Positions 1-8,628 of a stretch of DNA of 64,000 nucleotides are shown here, one piece after another. The position numbers were made by a program, and so were the translations under genes. Origin of the DNA: a virus; the IMG/VR virus record IMGVR_UViG_3300037467_001303, positions 32,001 through 96,000 of that record. One strand, written 5' to 3'. The notes under the pieces were generated by a model. That model had not been told where the DNA came from and made no database searches. It saw only the letters and a list, made by a program, of their open reading frames with translations. How positions within the stretch are numbered: position 1 is the first letter of the stretch; every line of letters starts with the position of its first letter.

Positions 1-913
1 GCTCGGAAAGATGCGTCTCGATCAGCTTGTGCAGGCGGTCGTAGTCGAGGTTGCCGGAGACGCGCGCGCCGTCGCTGGTGACGACCAGGCGCACACCGTT
101 GCCCAGTTCCATGTCCTTCCTCGGCTTCCTGGCGCGCGGGTTCGCCTTGTCCTCGATCCAGGCCGGCACTGAGGCTTGTGTCAGCTTTTCCTGCGACAGC
201 AGGACCAGCGCGTCGAACACCAGATTGGCATGTCGCGGGCAGTAGGATTTGAGCTTGTGGGCGAGGTTGTAGCCGATCAGGTTCGGGTGGTCGTCGAGCA
301 GATCCTGGACGGCCTGCGGCAGCTCGCCGAAGCCATCGAGCATCTGGACGATGGTGCGGTTCTTGTTCAGCACCCGCGCCGCCTCGACGTTGCTGGCGAC
401 GGCGTTTTCTTTGCGCAGCATCACCAGGTGCTTGTAGAGTTCCCAGTCCCCCAGCCCCTTGCGGATGGTGTTCTCGCTGGTGAGCGCCCGCGCAGCCTCG
501 GCATCGGACAGGTGGCGCACGAAGCCGCGAATTTCGTCGCGGCCGAGGATGCCGAAGGCGTCCACGCGGTGGTGGCCGGCGACCAGCTCATACAGCGGAA
601 GGGCAGGATCGGGGGGTGTTATAGTATAACACTCAGCAATTTCAGTCCCGGCCGGCAGCGGGCGCACGATGATCGGATCGAGCAGGCCTTCGGCACGGAT
701 GCTTTCGACCAGGTTCTCCAGGTAGACCTCGTCGCGCTTGCCGCGCGACTGGAAGCGTGACCGCACCAGCTGGGACAGCTTGAGCATTTCCGCCGCGCCT
801 GCCTCCCGGCCCATCGTGCCCAGGACCGTGCCGCCAAGACCGGCGCCACCGGCTGCCGGCCCACCTCGACGCGCCACCTGTTCGGCCATTTGCTGTTCGA
901 GCTTACTCGGCAT
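1..913 (-). CDS. parB: ParB family partition protein (3' end runs off the window)
   Basis: Hand translation from ATG at 913: MPSKLEQQ...LVESIRAEGLLDPIIVRP...YELVAGHHRVDA...ENTIR, the ParB/Srx GxxR motif. Overlaps the parA stop; absent from the ORF track because it is truncated. Confidence 0.9.
   Translation of the reverse strand, partial: MPSKLEQQMAEQVARRGGPAAGGAGLGGTVLGTMGREAGAAEMLKLSQLVRSRFQSRGKRDEVYLENLVESIRAEGLLDPIIVRPLPAGTEIAECYTITPPDPALPLYELVAGHHRVDAFGILGRDEIRGFVRHLSDAEAARALTSENTIRKGLGDWELYKHLVMLRKENAVASNVEAARVLNKNRTIVQMLDGFGELPQAVQDLLDDHPNLIGYNLAHKLKSYCPRHANLVFDALVLLSQEKLTQASVPAWIEDKANPRARKPRKDMELGNGVRLVVTSDGARVSGNLDYDRLHKLIETHLSE
616..632. promoter_or_regulatory. parS-like palindrome, copy 1 (inside parB)
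   Basis: GTGTTATA-G-TATAACAC, perfect 8-bp arms, AT-rich within GC-rich DNA; same motif at 1774 and 2653. Confidence 0.7.
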
Positions 914-1700
914 GGGCAACCTCCTTCGCTTGCACGCCGATCTTCGCCATGACTTCGCGCGCCAGGTCGACCACGGCGCGCGTGACGGTGTGATCCTTGT
1001 CGAATTGCAGGATGGTCTTGTTCAGGATCTGACCCTTCTGGACATCGGTGCTGGCCGGAATGGTCGTCTCGAACACCTCGTCATACGAGGCGCGCACGCC
1101 GTTGGCGATGATGCGGCACACGGTCTTGCGGCCGTCGTGCATGGTCAGCAGAGCGCCGCCCAGTGTCAGCCGTGGGTTGATGTTGCGGGCCTCGCTGATG
1201 AAGGCCAGCGTGTCGTCGCTTCCGGTGAGGGAGAGCTTGGAACCGGACTCGACCGGCACGATCGCCATGTCGGCGGCGGCCAGCGCATTGGCGGTGAGGC
1301 CGCCCAGCGATGGCGGGCAGTCCAGGATGATGATGTCGTACACGTCCTCCACGCTCTTGAGCTTTTGCGAGAGCAGGCGCGTCGAGGTGAACGGGTTGTT
1401 CTGGATCGTGCGCTCCAGGTTGGCCAGCTTGATCGTCGATCCAAGCAGGTGGACCCCGCGAACGTTGGTCGACGTGATGATCCCTTCGGCGATCGTCGCC
1501 TCGCTGGACAGCACTCTCTCGATCGGCGCCGGCGGCGACTGCTCGAACGAATACACCAGCTTGGTGGCGTTGGCCTGCGGGTCCAGGTCGCACAGCAGGA
1601 CGTTCTGCCCTTCGCGGGCCAGTGCATCGGACAGGTTGACGCTGGTGAAGGTCTTGCCGACCCCGCCCTTGTGCGTGACTACCGCAATGATCTTTGCCAT
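903..1700 (-). CDS. parA: ParA/Soj family ATPase
   Basis: KGGVGKT deviant Walker A, DLDPQAN and IILDCPP motifs; directly upstream of parB. Confidence 0.95.
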   Translation of the reverse strand: MAKIIAVVTHKGGVGKTFTSVNLSDALAREGQNVLLCDLDPQANATKLVYSFEQSPPAPIERVLSSEATIAEGIITSTNVRGVHLLGSTIKLANLERTIQNNPFTSTRLLSQKLKSVEDVYDIIILDCPPSLGGLTANALAAADMAIVPVESGSKLSLTGSDDTLAFISEARNINPRLTLGGALLTMHDGRKTVCRIIANGVRASYDEVFETTIPASTDVQKGQILNKTILQFDKDHTVTRAVVDLAREVMAKIGVQAKEVAHAE

Positions 1701-1721
1701 GTGAGATCCTCTTGAATGAAC

Positions 1722-1754
1722 AAGCGGAAATTATCTCACGAAAAGCGGAAATTA
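1722..1754. promoter_or_regulatory. Direct repeat upstream of parA, candidate autoregulatory operator
   Basis: AAGCGGAAATTA at 1722-1733 and 1743-1754, 21-bp period. Confidence 0.5.
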
Positions 1755-1769
1755 CCTAGGAGACATTAT

Positions 1770-1794
1770 CGGGGTGTTATACTATAACACCCCG
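1770..1794. promoter_or_regulatory. parS-like palindrome, copy 2
   Basis: CGGGGTGTTATA-C-TATAACACCCCG, perfect 12-bp arms, upstream of parA. Confidence 0.75.
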
Positions 1795-1809
1795 TCGCCG
1801 CCGCGCCTG

Positions 1810-2475
1810 TCAGGCCGCGGTTGCCAGGTACATCGCGGTCAGGGTCTCGCGCAGGTTGTCGATGTCGCCGTTGACCAGCATCGGCTCCTGGCCGATCCCG
1901 CGCAGCAGCTGGACCGTCTTGGGATGGGCGTGGCGCGTCATGACGAGCACCTTGTGGTACAGCTTGAGCGATTCCAGTTTCGGCATGGCGTTGGCGTAGT
2001 CGAGCAGCATCAGCTTGAACTCGTTGCCGAACTCCTTCTCGATCGTGCGGTGGTGGATCACCGGCAGCGCGACCACGGCCACGCGGCGCCGGAACCCGCT
2101 GACCTTCTCCGATGCGGCACTGGCCAGCGCGGTGCGCGGGTGGCGCGCCGGTTCGGAAGTCGCTTCGGCGGACGGCGCACTGTCGACGATCGACAGGTGC
2201 GGCAGCTCGGCCTGCGCCGGCGGTTCCGGCGCGACCGGCACCGGCGCTTCGCCCTTGAGGCCGGCCAGCCAGCCGGCGTAGCCGCCCAGGCGCCACAGCT
2301 CCCACTTGGCCAGCAGGGTGGCCTGCGTGCCGTTGGGATCGCTGATCCCGTTCTCGGCCATGAACCGTTCGATGTCCTGCCGGACCGTCAGGTTGTAGTC
2401 GCAGAACTCGGCTTCTTCAAGATTGCGGTGGACCTGGCCGTCGGCGGACAGGTATGCAGTGATGGACGTGACCAA
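1810..2475 (-). CDS. Hypothetical protein
   Basis: 221-aa ORF with GC3-rich codons and AAGGAG RBS; flanked by two parS-like sites. Confidence 0.7.
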   Translation of the reverse strand: MVTSITAYLSADGQVHRNLEEAEFCDYNLTVRQDIERFMAENGISDPNGTQATLLAKWELWRLGGYAGWLAGLKGEAPVPVAPEPPAQAELPHLSIVDSAPSAEATSEPARHPRTALASAASEKVSGFRRRVAVVALPVIHHRTIEKEFGNEFKLMLLDYANAMPKLESLKLYHKVLVMTRHAHPKTVQLLRGIGQEPMLVNGDIDNLRETLTAMYLATAA

Positions 2476-2649
2476 TGCCTACTCCTTGGCGGGACGGGGA
2501 AGCGGCAGGCCCGCCCGCATCGGGCATGCCGGGGTTGGGCGATGCAATATTGAACAACCAGTATTGCATATTTGAAACCAACTGTGTGGCGCCAGGCGGG
2601 TTTTTTACGGGCTTTTTACGGGTCGTGCCGGATGGGGCAGGCAAAAAAA

Positions 2650-2672
2650 GGGGTGTCATACTATAACACCCC
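2650..2672. promoter_or_regulatory. parS-like palindrome, copy 3
   Basis: GGGGTGTCATA-C-TATAACACCCC, one mismatch to copy 2. Confidence 0.7.
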
Positions 2673-2678
2673 CCTGCA

Positions 2679-3221
2679 TCAGGCATGCTCGCGGTAGGCC
2701 CGCAACACCCGCTCCATGCCCGGCCTGCACTCCCTGAACTCGGGACAGATGCCGTTGCGGTACACGCACTCGGGCACCATGAAGCGCGCCAGGTCGGCGT
2801 CGACCTCCAGCATTTCCTTGCGCACGCGGCGCCAGGTGGCGACCGTCTTGCCGGACGCGTTGTAGCACAGGCGCTTGCGGCTCATGGTGATGATGGCCTG
2901 GGCGTTGAGCAGCATGCCGTGGTTGACCGGGGTGTTGCGGTTGACGACATCGTCGCCCGCCCCGCCCCGGTCGTCGCGCATGCTCTGCACGAAGTGCTCG
3001 ACGCCCTGCTTGTGGCGCACCAGGTGGACCGACACGAAGGTCGGGATCGCCGCCAGCTCGATCCAGAACATGCGCGCGCGGATCGGGCTGTGCTCGGTGC
3101 GATACCAGGCCTTCAAAGGCGCCTTCACCGGCTGGCCATGGGTCGTCATCTGGGCCGCGCGCTGCACCAGGGCCAGGTCGGTGACGGGCGTGATGGTGAT
3201 GGTGCGGCGCGTGCTCATCAA
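2679..3221 (-). CDS. thyX: FAD-dependent thymidylate synthase ThyX-like
   Basis: EHSP, HLVRHK...QSMR (variant of RHRx7SxR), KRLC..A, and C-terminal VPECVYRNGICPE. Confidence 0.75.
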   Translation of the reverse strand: MMSTRRTITITPVTDLALVQRAAQMTTHGQPVKAPLKAWYRTEHSPIRARMFWIELAAIPTFVSVHLVRHKQGVEHFVQSMRDDRGGAGDDVVNRNTPVNHGMLLNAQAIITMSRKRLCYNASGKTVATWRRVRKEMLEVDADLARFMVPECVYRNGICPEFRECRPGMERVLRAYREHA

Positions 3222-3484
3222 TTGCCCAGCTCGGTGCCGTCCGGTTCCACCAGGTACAGCTTCGCGCGCAGCTCGTCGAGCGACAGGCCGGTGAAGTCGT
3301 GCGCGGCGATCAGGAAGGCCGGGCCGACCGGCACGCGGAAGTGGCGGAACTTCGAGAGCACCGGCGGCGGCACGCCCATGGTGCGCGACAGCTGGGCGTC
3401 GTTCTTGAGCTTCAGGTGCTCGTGCAGGAAATCCAGGAATCCGTTCGGGTCCTGCGGGCGCGGCGGGTTGATGCGTTTCGGCAT
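3218..3484 (-). CDS. XRE-like HTH protein
   Basis: LKNDAQLSRTMGVPPPVLSKFRH helix-turn-helix pattern. Confidence 0.7.
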   Translation of the reverse strand: MPKRINPPRPQDPNGFLDFLHEHLKLKNDAQLSRTMGVPPPVLSKFRHFRVPVGPAFLIAAHDFTGLSLDELRAKLYLVEPDGTELGN

Positions 3485-3500
3485 GGTGATGCTCCTCTGG

Positions 3501-3893
3501 TTAAGTAAACTGCACGCCGAGGGTGCCCGCGGCGTAGGCTTCGACTTGCTGCATGAAATTGCTGAACTCCTCGACCCCCAGGTCGGTCGACGACATCGCC
3601 ATCGTCGCGCCGTCCGGCAGGTCGATCACGCCGATGAACTGGCGTTTGAACTGCTCGTGCCAGACCGTCTTGCTGTACTGGCGCCCGCCGACCCAGGCCT
3701 GTTCGGCAATGGCGCCGAGGACGGCCGGCCCGAAGTAGCGCCGGTTCTGCTCCAGCGAGCGGCGGCTCTTGTATAGCGTGACCGTCACGGCAAGGAACTT
3801 GCCCTCGCCGGCGAACTGCTGCCAGTTCGCCGACAGGAACGAGATCAACGACGCCAGGTGGGTCGCCTCGCGCAGGACGAACAGGCGGTTCAC
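3501..3893 (-). CDS. ninB: NinB/YbcN-like recombination protein
   Basis: RSLEQN, WHEQFKRQF and SSTDLGVEEFSNFMQQVEAYAA motifs. Confidence 0.8.
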   Translation of the reverse strand: MNRLFVLREATHLASLISFLSANWQQFAGEGKFLAVTVTLYKSRRSLEQNRRYFGPAVLGAIAEQAWVGGRQYSKTVWHEQFKRQFIGVIDLPDGATMAMSSTDLGVEEFSNFMQQVEAYAAGTLGVQFT

Positions 3894-4234
3894 TTGGGTT
3901 CCTGCTCCACCTGGTGCTGGGCGACCATCGTGCGCAGCATGTCGATGAAGCCGTCGAGCGCCCGTTCGATGTCGTTCGGGTAGATCTGCAGCAGCGTCGA
4001 GGCGATGCCGGCGGTCAGGAAGCCCCAGGTGATGGCGAAGCGGTCGTTGACGCGGGCCTCCTCCACCGGCAGCGCGGACGGGATGTCCTTCTGCAGCTCG
4101 TCGAGCATGCTGTCGGGCACCGCGTCGTGCATGGCCATGATGAAGTGCTCGACTACAGGAATGCCGTCGTCGTCGACCGGCACCAGGACGACGCCGTGGA
4201 TCTCCAGCGGGCTGGTGTGCGGATCGGTGCTCAT
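3890..4234 (-). CDS. Hypothetical protein
   Basis: GGAGG RBS before ATG 4234; coupled to neighbouring genes. Confidence 0.6.
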   Translation of the reverse strand: MSTDPHTSPLEIHGVVLVPVDDDGIPVVEHFIMAMHDAVPDSMLDELQKDIPSALPVEEARVNDRFAITWGFLTAGIASTLLQIYPNDIERALDGFIDMLRTMVAQHQVEQEPK

Positions 4235-4247
4235 GAAGCCTCCCGGA

Positions 4248-4613
4248 TCAGTGGACATGGGCGGCCGGCTTCTGCGCGAATTCGGCGGCGTACTCGACGA
4301 TCGCGCGCTGCATGCGCTTGTACATGCCGTCGGCGACCAGCTCGGGACCGCTGTAGGCCTCGACGATGAAGGCGGCCACGCCGTCGATCACGTAGGTCAG
4401 CGCCGCGGCGTGGCGGTGCGCGCGGTCGGCGATCTCGGGCGGCAGCTGGCTGTCGCCGGCCAGCTGGGCCAGCACGTCCTCGGGGATGGTGTCGGCCACC
4501 ATCTCGAAGAAGCTGCGAAAGTCCGGCATGCCCATGTCGTTGAGCGGCACCGGGGCGATGAACTGCTCGCTGGATTCCTCGTTGGCTGCGGCGTTGATGT
4601 CTTTGTCGGTCAT
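4248..4613 (-). CDS. Hypothetical acidic protein
   Basis: AGGA RBS; part of the leftward operon. Confidence 0.65.
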   Translation of the reverse strand: MTDKDINAAANEESSEQFIAPVPLNDMGMPDFRSFFEMVADTIPEDVLAQLAGDSQLPPEIADRAHRHAAALTYVIDGVAAFIVEAYSGPELVADGMYKRMQRAIVEYAAEFAQKPAAHVH

Positions 4614-4628
4614 GGTTTTCCTGTGGTT

Positions 4629-4877
4629 TCAGTTCTGGTTCGGGCCGAACACCGGCTCGTTCTCGATCTCCCGGCGCTGGCGCGAGGAGCGCGGGGCCGG
4701 CTTGTCGGCCCAGGCCTTCAGCACCGGGGCCTTCGGGATGTCCGGCAGCGGCATGCGGTCGTACTGCTCGCGCGACCGGGCCGCCACGATCGCGTGCATG
4801 GCCCAGTGCAGATCCTGCGGGTCGGCCGTGTGCACGATCGGCACCGGCTCGTCCTTGCTGCGGCGTCCTGGCTTCAT
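4629..4877 (-). CDS. Hypothetical protein
   Basis: AAGGAG RBS; part of the leftward operon. Confidence 0.6.
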   Translation of the reverse strand: MKPGRRSKDEPVPIVHTADPQDLHWAMHAIVAARSREQYDRMPLPDIPKAPVLKAWADKPAPRSSRQRREIENEPVFGPNQN

Positions 4878-4891
4878 CGCGTCTCCTTCGG

Positions 4892-5260
4892 TCAGTTCGG
4901 CCGGCCTTCGGGCTTGGCCGAGTGCAGCATCACCTGGCGCATCAGGCTCTGGCAGATCGCCTCGGCCACGCCGATCGCCTCGTCGCCGGCGATGTCGCTG
5001 ATGATGTAGGCCAGGCCGTCGGTGACGACCGAGAAGCTGGCACCGTGGCGGCGCGCCTCCTCGGCGACCTCGGCCGGCAAATCGTCGCCCGCGTCGACCC
5101 GTTCCAGCTCCTCGTCGGTGAACGAGTCGAACAGCGCCGTGAAGTAGCAGCCGAAGCAGGGCCGGCCATGGCGGTCGCGGCCGATCACGACCAGGTCCGT
5201 GTCCGCCATCAGCGCGTCGGGATCGTCCTCGTCCTCGTCGGCGTGGAAGTAGTCAGTCAT
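4892..5260 (-). CDS. Hypothetical acidic protein
   Basis: Overlaps upstream stop; coding-like codon usage. Confidence 0.65.
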   Translation of the reverse strand: MTDYFHADEDEDDPDALMADTDLVVIGRDRHGRPCFGCYFTALFDSFTDEELERVDAGDDLPAEVAEEARRHGASFSVVTDGLAYIISDIAGDEAIGVAEAICQSLMRQVMLHSAKPEGRPN

Positions 5261-5828
5261 CGACCGGACCCTCCGGCGCGAGACCGAAGATGGCGCGCAG
5301 GTCGGCGTACTGCTGCGCGCTGGGCAGCGTGCGGCCGGTTTCCCAGTGGCTGATGCAGGTGCCGGTCATGTCGAACTTTTCTCCGAGCGCGTCCTGGGTC
5401 ATGCGCAGGCGCTTGCGGTGCCGCATGATCTGCTTGCCGGTCATGTACAGCGGACCGGCGTTCAGGCCGCGCACCCAGGGCTTGACGGGCAGCGCCTGCT
5501 CGGGAGCGGTGGCCGGCAGCGTTTCCGCCTGCTCGTCCTGCGGCGGGGCCGGCGGCAGGTCGTCCTTCGGCACCGGGTCCGGGCCGATGCGGACCTGCTG
5601 CGGCTTGCCGGCGCGTACGTCGACCACCTTGTCGAGGAAGCAGCCGACCCAGGTCGAGAACTTCTCGGCCGACCGGATCTCGCCGACGAACAGGCCGCAG
5701 GCGGTGGCGACTTCCTCGATCAGGTAGGCCAGGGCCACCTCGAACAGGATCGGGTCAGGGTTGGCGGCGAAGATGGCCTGCATGCGTTCATGCAGGTATT
5801 GCTCGGTGCGGTTGCGTTGGCGGGTCAT
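5253..5828 (-). CDS. Protein with C-terminal XRE HTH
   Basis: RKRLRMTQDALGEKFDMTGTCISHWETGRTLPS. Confidence 0.8.
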   Translation of the reverse strand: MTRQRNRTEQYLHERMQAIFAANPDPILFEVALAYLIEEVATACGLFVGEIRSAEKFSTWVGCFLDKVVDVRAGKPQQVRIGPDPVPKDDLPPAPPQDEQAETLPATAPEQALPVKPWVRGLNAGPLYMTGKQIMRHRKRLRMTQDALGEKFDMTGTCISHWETGRTLPSAQQYADLRAIFGLAPEGPVDD

Positions 5829-5839
5829 CGTGGCCTCCG

Positions 5840-6277
5840 TCAGAACGGCACATCGTCATCGCTCAGGGGCGGCGCCGGGCGCGCGGTATTCTGCGGGCGC
5901 GACGGCGGGGCCTGGTGGCCGCCGCCCGCACCGGCGCCGTCGCTGCGGCCACCCAGCATCTGCATGTTCTCGGCGATGATGTCGGTGGCGTACTTCTCGA
6001 CGCCGTCCTTGTCCGTGTACTTGCGGGTCTGCAGGCGGCCCTCGACGTACACGCTCGAACCTTTCTTGAGGTACTGTCCGACGATCTCGGCCAGCTTGCC
6101 GAAGAACGAAATGCGGTGCCATTCGGTCAGTTCCTTGGCTTCGCCGGTGGCCTTGTCCTTGGTCTTGTACGAGGTCGCCACGGCGACGTTGGCGATCGCA
6201 TCGCCGCTGGGCATGTAGCGCATTTCCGGGTCGCGGCCGAGGTTGCCGACGATGATGACTTTGTTGACAGATGCCAT
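5840..6277 (-). CDS. ssb: Single-stranded DNA-binding protein
   Basis: [18 protein letters not shown]...EWHRI...[10 protein letters not shown] with acidic DDDVPF tail; true start at 6277. Confidence 0.97.
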   Translation of the reverse strand: MASVNKVIIVGNLGRDPEMRYMPSGDAIANVAVATSYKTKDKATGEAKELTEWHRISFFGKLAEIVGQYLKKGSSVYVEGRLQTRKYTDKDGVEKYATDIIAENMQMLGGRSDGAGAGGGHQAPPSRPQNTARPAPPLSDDDVPF

Positions 6278-6320
6278 GTCAGGGATTCCTTTGAGGTCGG
6301 GGGTGGGTGGATGAAAGGTG

Positions 6321-6662
6321 TCAGCCGGCCAGCTTGTGGCCCTTGGCGGCCAGGTCGGTCTTGATGTCGTTGAGGGTGCCGAGGCCCAGGTTGGGCAGCT
6401 TGAGCAGCTCGTTCGGGGTCTGGCGGCACAGCTTCTCGACGGTGTCGATGCCGGCCGCGACCAGGCAGTTGTGGGCACGCGCGGTCAGCTCCAGGAACGC
6501 CAGCGGGGTACGCGTCGAGGTTTCCGGGAAGTTGTCGAAGCGGGCGGCCTGCTCGGCGCGGCGCTGTTCGGCGCGGCGCGCCATGATGTAGTCGTGCAGC
6601 AGCACGCGCGCCTGGCGTGCCTCGTCGATGCTCGAAACGGTCAGGGTGATCGTCATGGCCAT
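6321..6662 (-). CDS. RNA polymerase alpha-CTD domain protein
   Basis: [22 protein letters not shown]...[16 protein letters not shown] matches the RpoA CTD pattern. Confidence 0.8.
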   Translation of the reverse strand: MAMTITLTVSSIDEARQARVLLHDYIMARRAEQRRAEQAARFDNFPETSTRTPLAFLELTARAHNCLVAAGIDTVEKLCRQTPNELLKLPNLGLGTLNDIKTDLAAKGHKLAG

Positions 6663-6666
6663 GGGG

Positions 6667-7404
6667 TCAGGTCTGGTATTTGTGGGCGATTTCGACGCGA
6701 TGGATGCGGCCGGCCACGTAGCTGCGCGAAGCCTCGACCTTGCGGATGATCTTCTGCTCCAGAAGCGGGTCGCGCTGGTACTCGACGATCGTGACGCGCA
6801 TTTCGAGCGGCAGGCGGTCCATCTGGTGCAGCTCGGGGTTCTCGTAGCCGATCAGTTCCTCGGGCGTGTCGACCAGGCAGTAGGCGACCTTGGCGCGCTC
6901 GCGGTTGCGCAGCATCATGTAGCCGCGCACCTGCCATTCGTATTCCGGCTTGTGGCCGTCCTCGGGCAGCTCGGGGAAGGTGGCCATCGACCACGACGAC
7001 TTGATGTCGATGATCTCTTCGCCGGTGTCGATGTCGGGTTCGCCGGTCAGCCACGCGTTGACGGTGCGGACCGTGTTCTTCCTGTGGCTGGTGAAGAACA
7101 GCTCGTTGTACAGCGCGATCGACTGGTCCTCGACGATGATGCCCTTCTGGGTGTACTTGCTGGACACCACGTTGTTGTAGCCGTACAGGTACTCCTTGGC
7201 CATGTCGTTCAGGACCGTCTTGGCGCCGCTGGACAGGGTCATGTCGAACAGCGGCGCCAGGATCGCCTTGTCCTCGTCGGTCTTGACCTTCTTCGCCGCG
7301 ATCGCGGCCAGCTCGGGGGTGTTGAGCAGGGCCGGGTCGATCGCCTTCGGGTCGGTCATGATGGCCGACAGGGCCGAGCAGCGGATGCGGAAGTCCGGGA
7401 TCAC
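6667..7404 (-). CDS. YqaJ/lambda-exonuclease-like nuclease
   Basis: IRCSAL, KG..VE, GEPD, DIKSSW and YEWQVRGYM (PD-(D/E)xK); GTG start overlaps upstream stop. Confidence 0.8.
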   Translation of the reverse strand: MIPDFRIRCSALSAIMTDPKAIDPALLNTPELAAIAAKKVKTDEDKAILAPLFDMTLSSGAKTVLNDMAKEYLYGYNNVVSSKYTQKGIIVEDQSIALYNELFFTSHRKNTVRTVNAWLTGEPDIDTGEEIIDIKSSWSMATFPELPEDGHKPEYEWQVRGYMMLRNRERAKVAYCLVDTPEELIGYENPELHQMDRLPLEMRVTIVEYQRDPLLEQKIIRKVEASRSYVAGRIHRVEIAHKYQT

Positions 7405-7946
7405 GCGGCCTCCGGTTCGGCGCCCGGGTCGTTCGGGGCCGCTTCCACGCCGGACGCCAGTTCCGCCTCGACCTGCGCCAGGCGTTCGGCCTGGGCGTCG
7501 GTCAGCGCGTATTTCACGCGCAGCGTGTCGGCCGCGAAGTCTCCCTTCTTCACCGCGGCCAGGGCCTTGTCCATGCGGGCGTCGGTCAGCGTTTCCTTCA
7601 CGTCCTGCGGGACCTTGGCGCGGATGCGCAGGCACTCGACCATGTCGCTGCCCAGCTTGGTCGTGCTGGCGTACAGCGTGATGCGGCGCCCGGCCCAGTC
7701 CTCGATGTAGGGGCCGTACAGCTTCTCGATCGTCTTGCTGTTGGTCGAGTTCAGGATCAGCGGCTTCGTTTCGACCAGGTAGGCGAGGCTATGGTCCTCC
7801 TTCTTCCCGCCCATCATGGTGATGGTCTCTTTCTGGACGTACTTGATCGTGACCGTCATGTCTTCGCCGTTGGGCAGCGCGTAGACGCCGACGAAGCGCG
7901 GGTCGACCAGCTGCTTCCAGTGGGTTTTCACCTGCGGCGCGCTCAT
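7401..7946 (-). CDS. Conserved phage protein, putative ssDNA-binding/annealing partner of the exonuclease
   Basis: THWK...KPLILNSTN...W.G..I.LY...LRIR; coupled to the exonuclease. Function inferred from position. Confidence 0.55.
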   Translation of the reverse strand: MSAPQVKTHWKQLVDPRFVGVYALPNGEDMTVTIKYVQKETITMMGGKKEDHSLAYLVETKPLILNSTNSKTIEKLYGPYIEDWAGRRITLYASTTKLGSDMVECLRIRAKVPQDVKETLTDARMDKALAAVKKGDFAADTLRVKYALTDAQAERLAQVEAELASGVEAAPNDPGAEPEAA

Positions 7947-8353
7947 GGGCGGCCCTCCACCGACAGCGCGGCCAGGCGCGGGATCATCAGGTCGAGCAGG
8001 CCGTCGTCCTGCTGCTCGCGCAGGCGCGCCAGCATCGCGTGCTCGATGTCGGCGATGGCGGCCTCCGACAGGTACTCGTAGATGTCGGCGCCGGCCTCGA
8101 TCAGGAAACGGCCGCGGTTGTTGGGCGCGGTCAGCACCAGCGGATGCGGCGAGAGGATGCGCTTGAAGTCGAAGTATTCCGACAGGCCCGGCTCGCCCGG
8201 GTCGCCATTGGGCAGCGTCGGGATCGCGGGATAGCCCGGGTCATGGGTGAACTCGACCTGCAGCTGGGCCGACGTGCGCAGGCGCACCGGCACGCCGTTG
8301 GGGCCGACCTCAAGCTCAAGGTGCGGCAGGGTGTAGGGAAAGGTGTGGTCCAA
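7943..8353 (-). CDS. Hypothetical protein, first gene of the leftward operon
   Basis: AGGAG RBS before TTG at 8353; the longer track start would run into the operator. Confidence 0.6.
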   Translation of the reverse strand: MDHTFPYTLPHLELEVGPNGVPVRLRTSAQLQVEFTHDPGYPAIPTLPNGDPGEPGLSEYFDFKRILSPHPLVLTAPNNRGRFLIEAGADIYEYLSEAAIADIEHAMLARLREQQDDGLLDLMIPRLAALSVEGRP

Positions 8354-8396
8354 GGCGGCTCCTGTTTTTTTTCCAGAGGAAACAGGAACCAGTGTA

Positions 8397-8454
8397 TTAA
8401 AGTCCAACTTTAATTTACAAGGGAAACTTTAATATTTTTTAAGCGGACCTTAGA
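8397..8454. promoter_or_regulatory. OL-like operator cluster
   Basis: TTAAAGT-cca-ACTTTAA (8397-8413), TACAAGG-gaa-ACTTTAA (8416-8432) and a weaker third site; same 7-3-7 form and 19-bp spacing as OR. Confidence 0.7.
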
Positions 8455-8578
8455 TTACAATTCGGTGAACTTGTTGCATCTGCGCAAATGTTGATATGTA
8501 TCAAGCTCCAATCGCGTCACAAGATGCAGTCTGAGGCGCCTCCAACGCTTCTGTGGCCACCTCGGAAATGTGGAGACG

Positions 8579-8606
8579 AAAAAAAAGCCGGCGCATGGCC
8601 GGCTTC
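8579..8606 (-). terminator. Intrinsic terminator after cI
   Basis: GCCGGC stem followed by a U-run on the minus strand. Confidence 0.75.
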
Positions 8607-8628
8607 TTCGGTGGCGTTCGACCCCCGG

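Noticed and set aside
2521-2640. LexA box controlling an antirepressor
   Set aside because: No CTGT-N8-ACAG match found by eye here or at the island promoters.
8354-8407. Track start for the 7943-8407 ORF
   Set aside because: Runs into the OL operator and lacks an RBS; TTG at 8353 has AGGAG.
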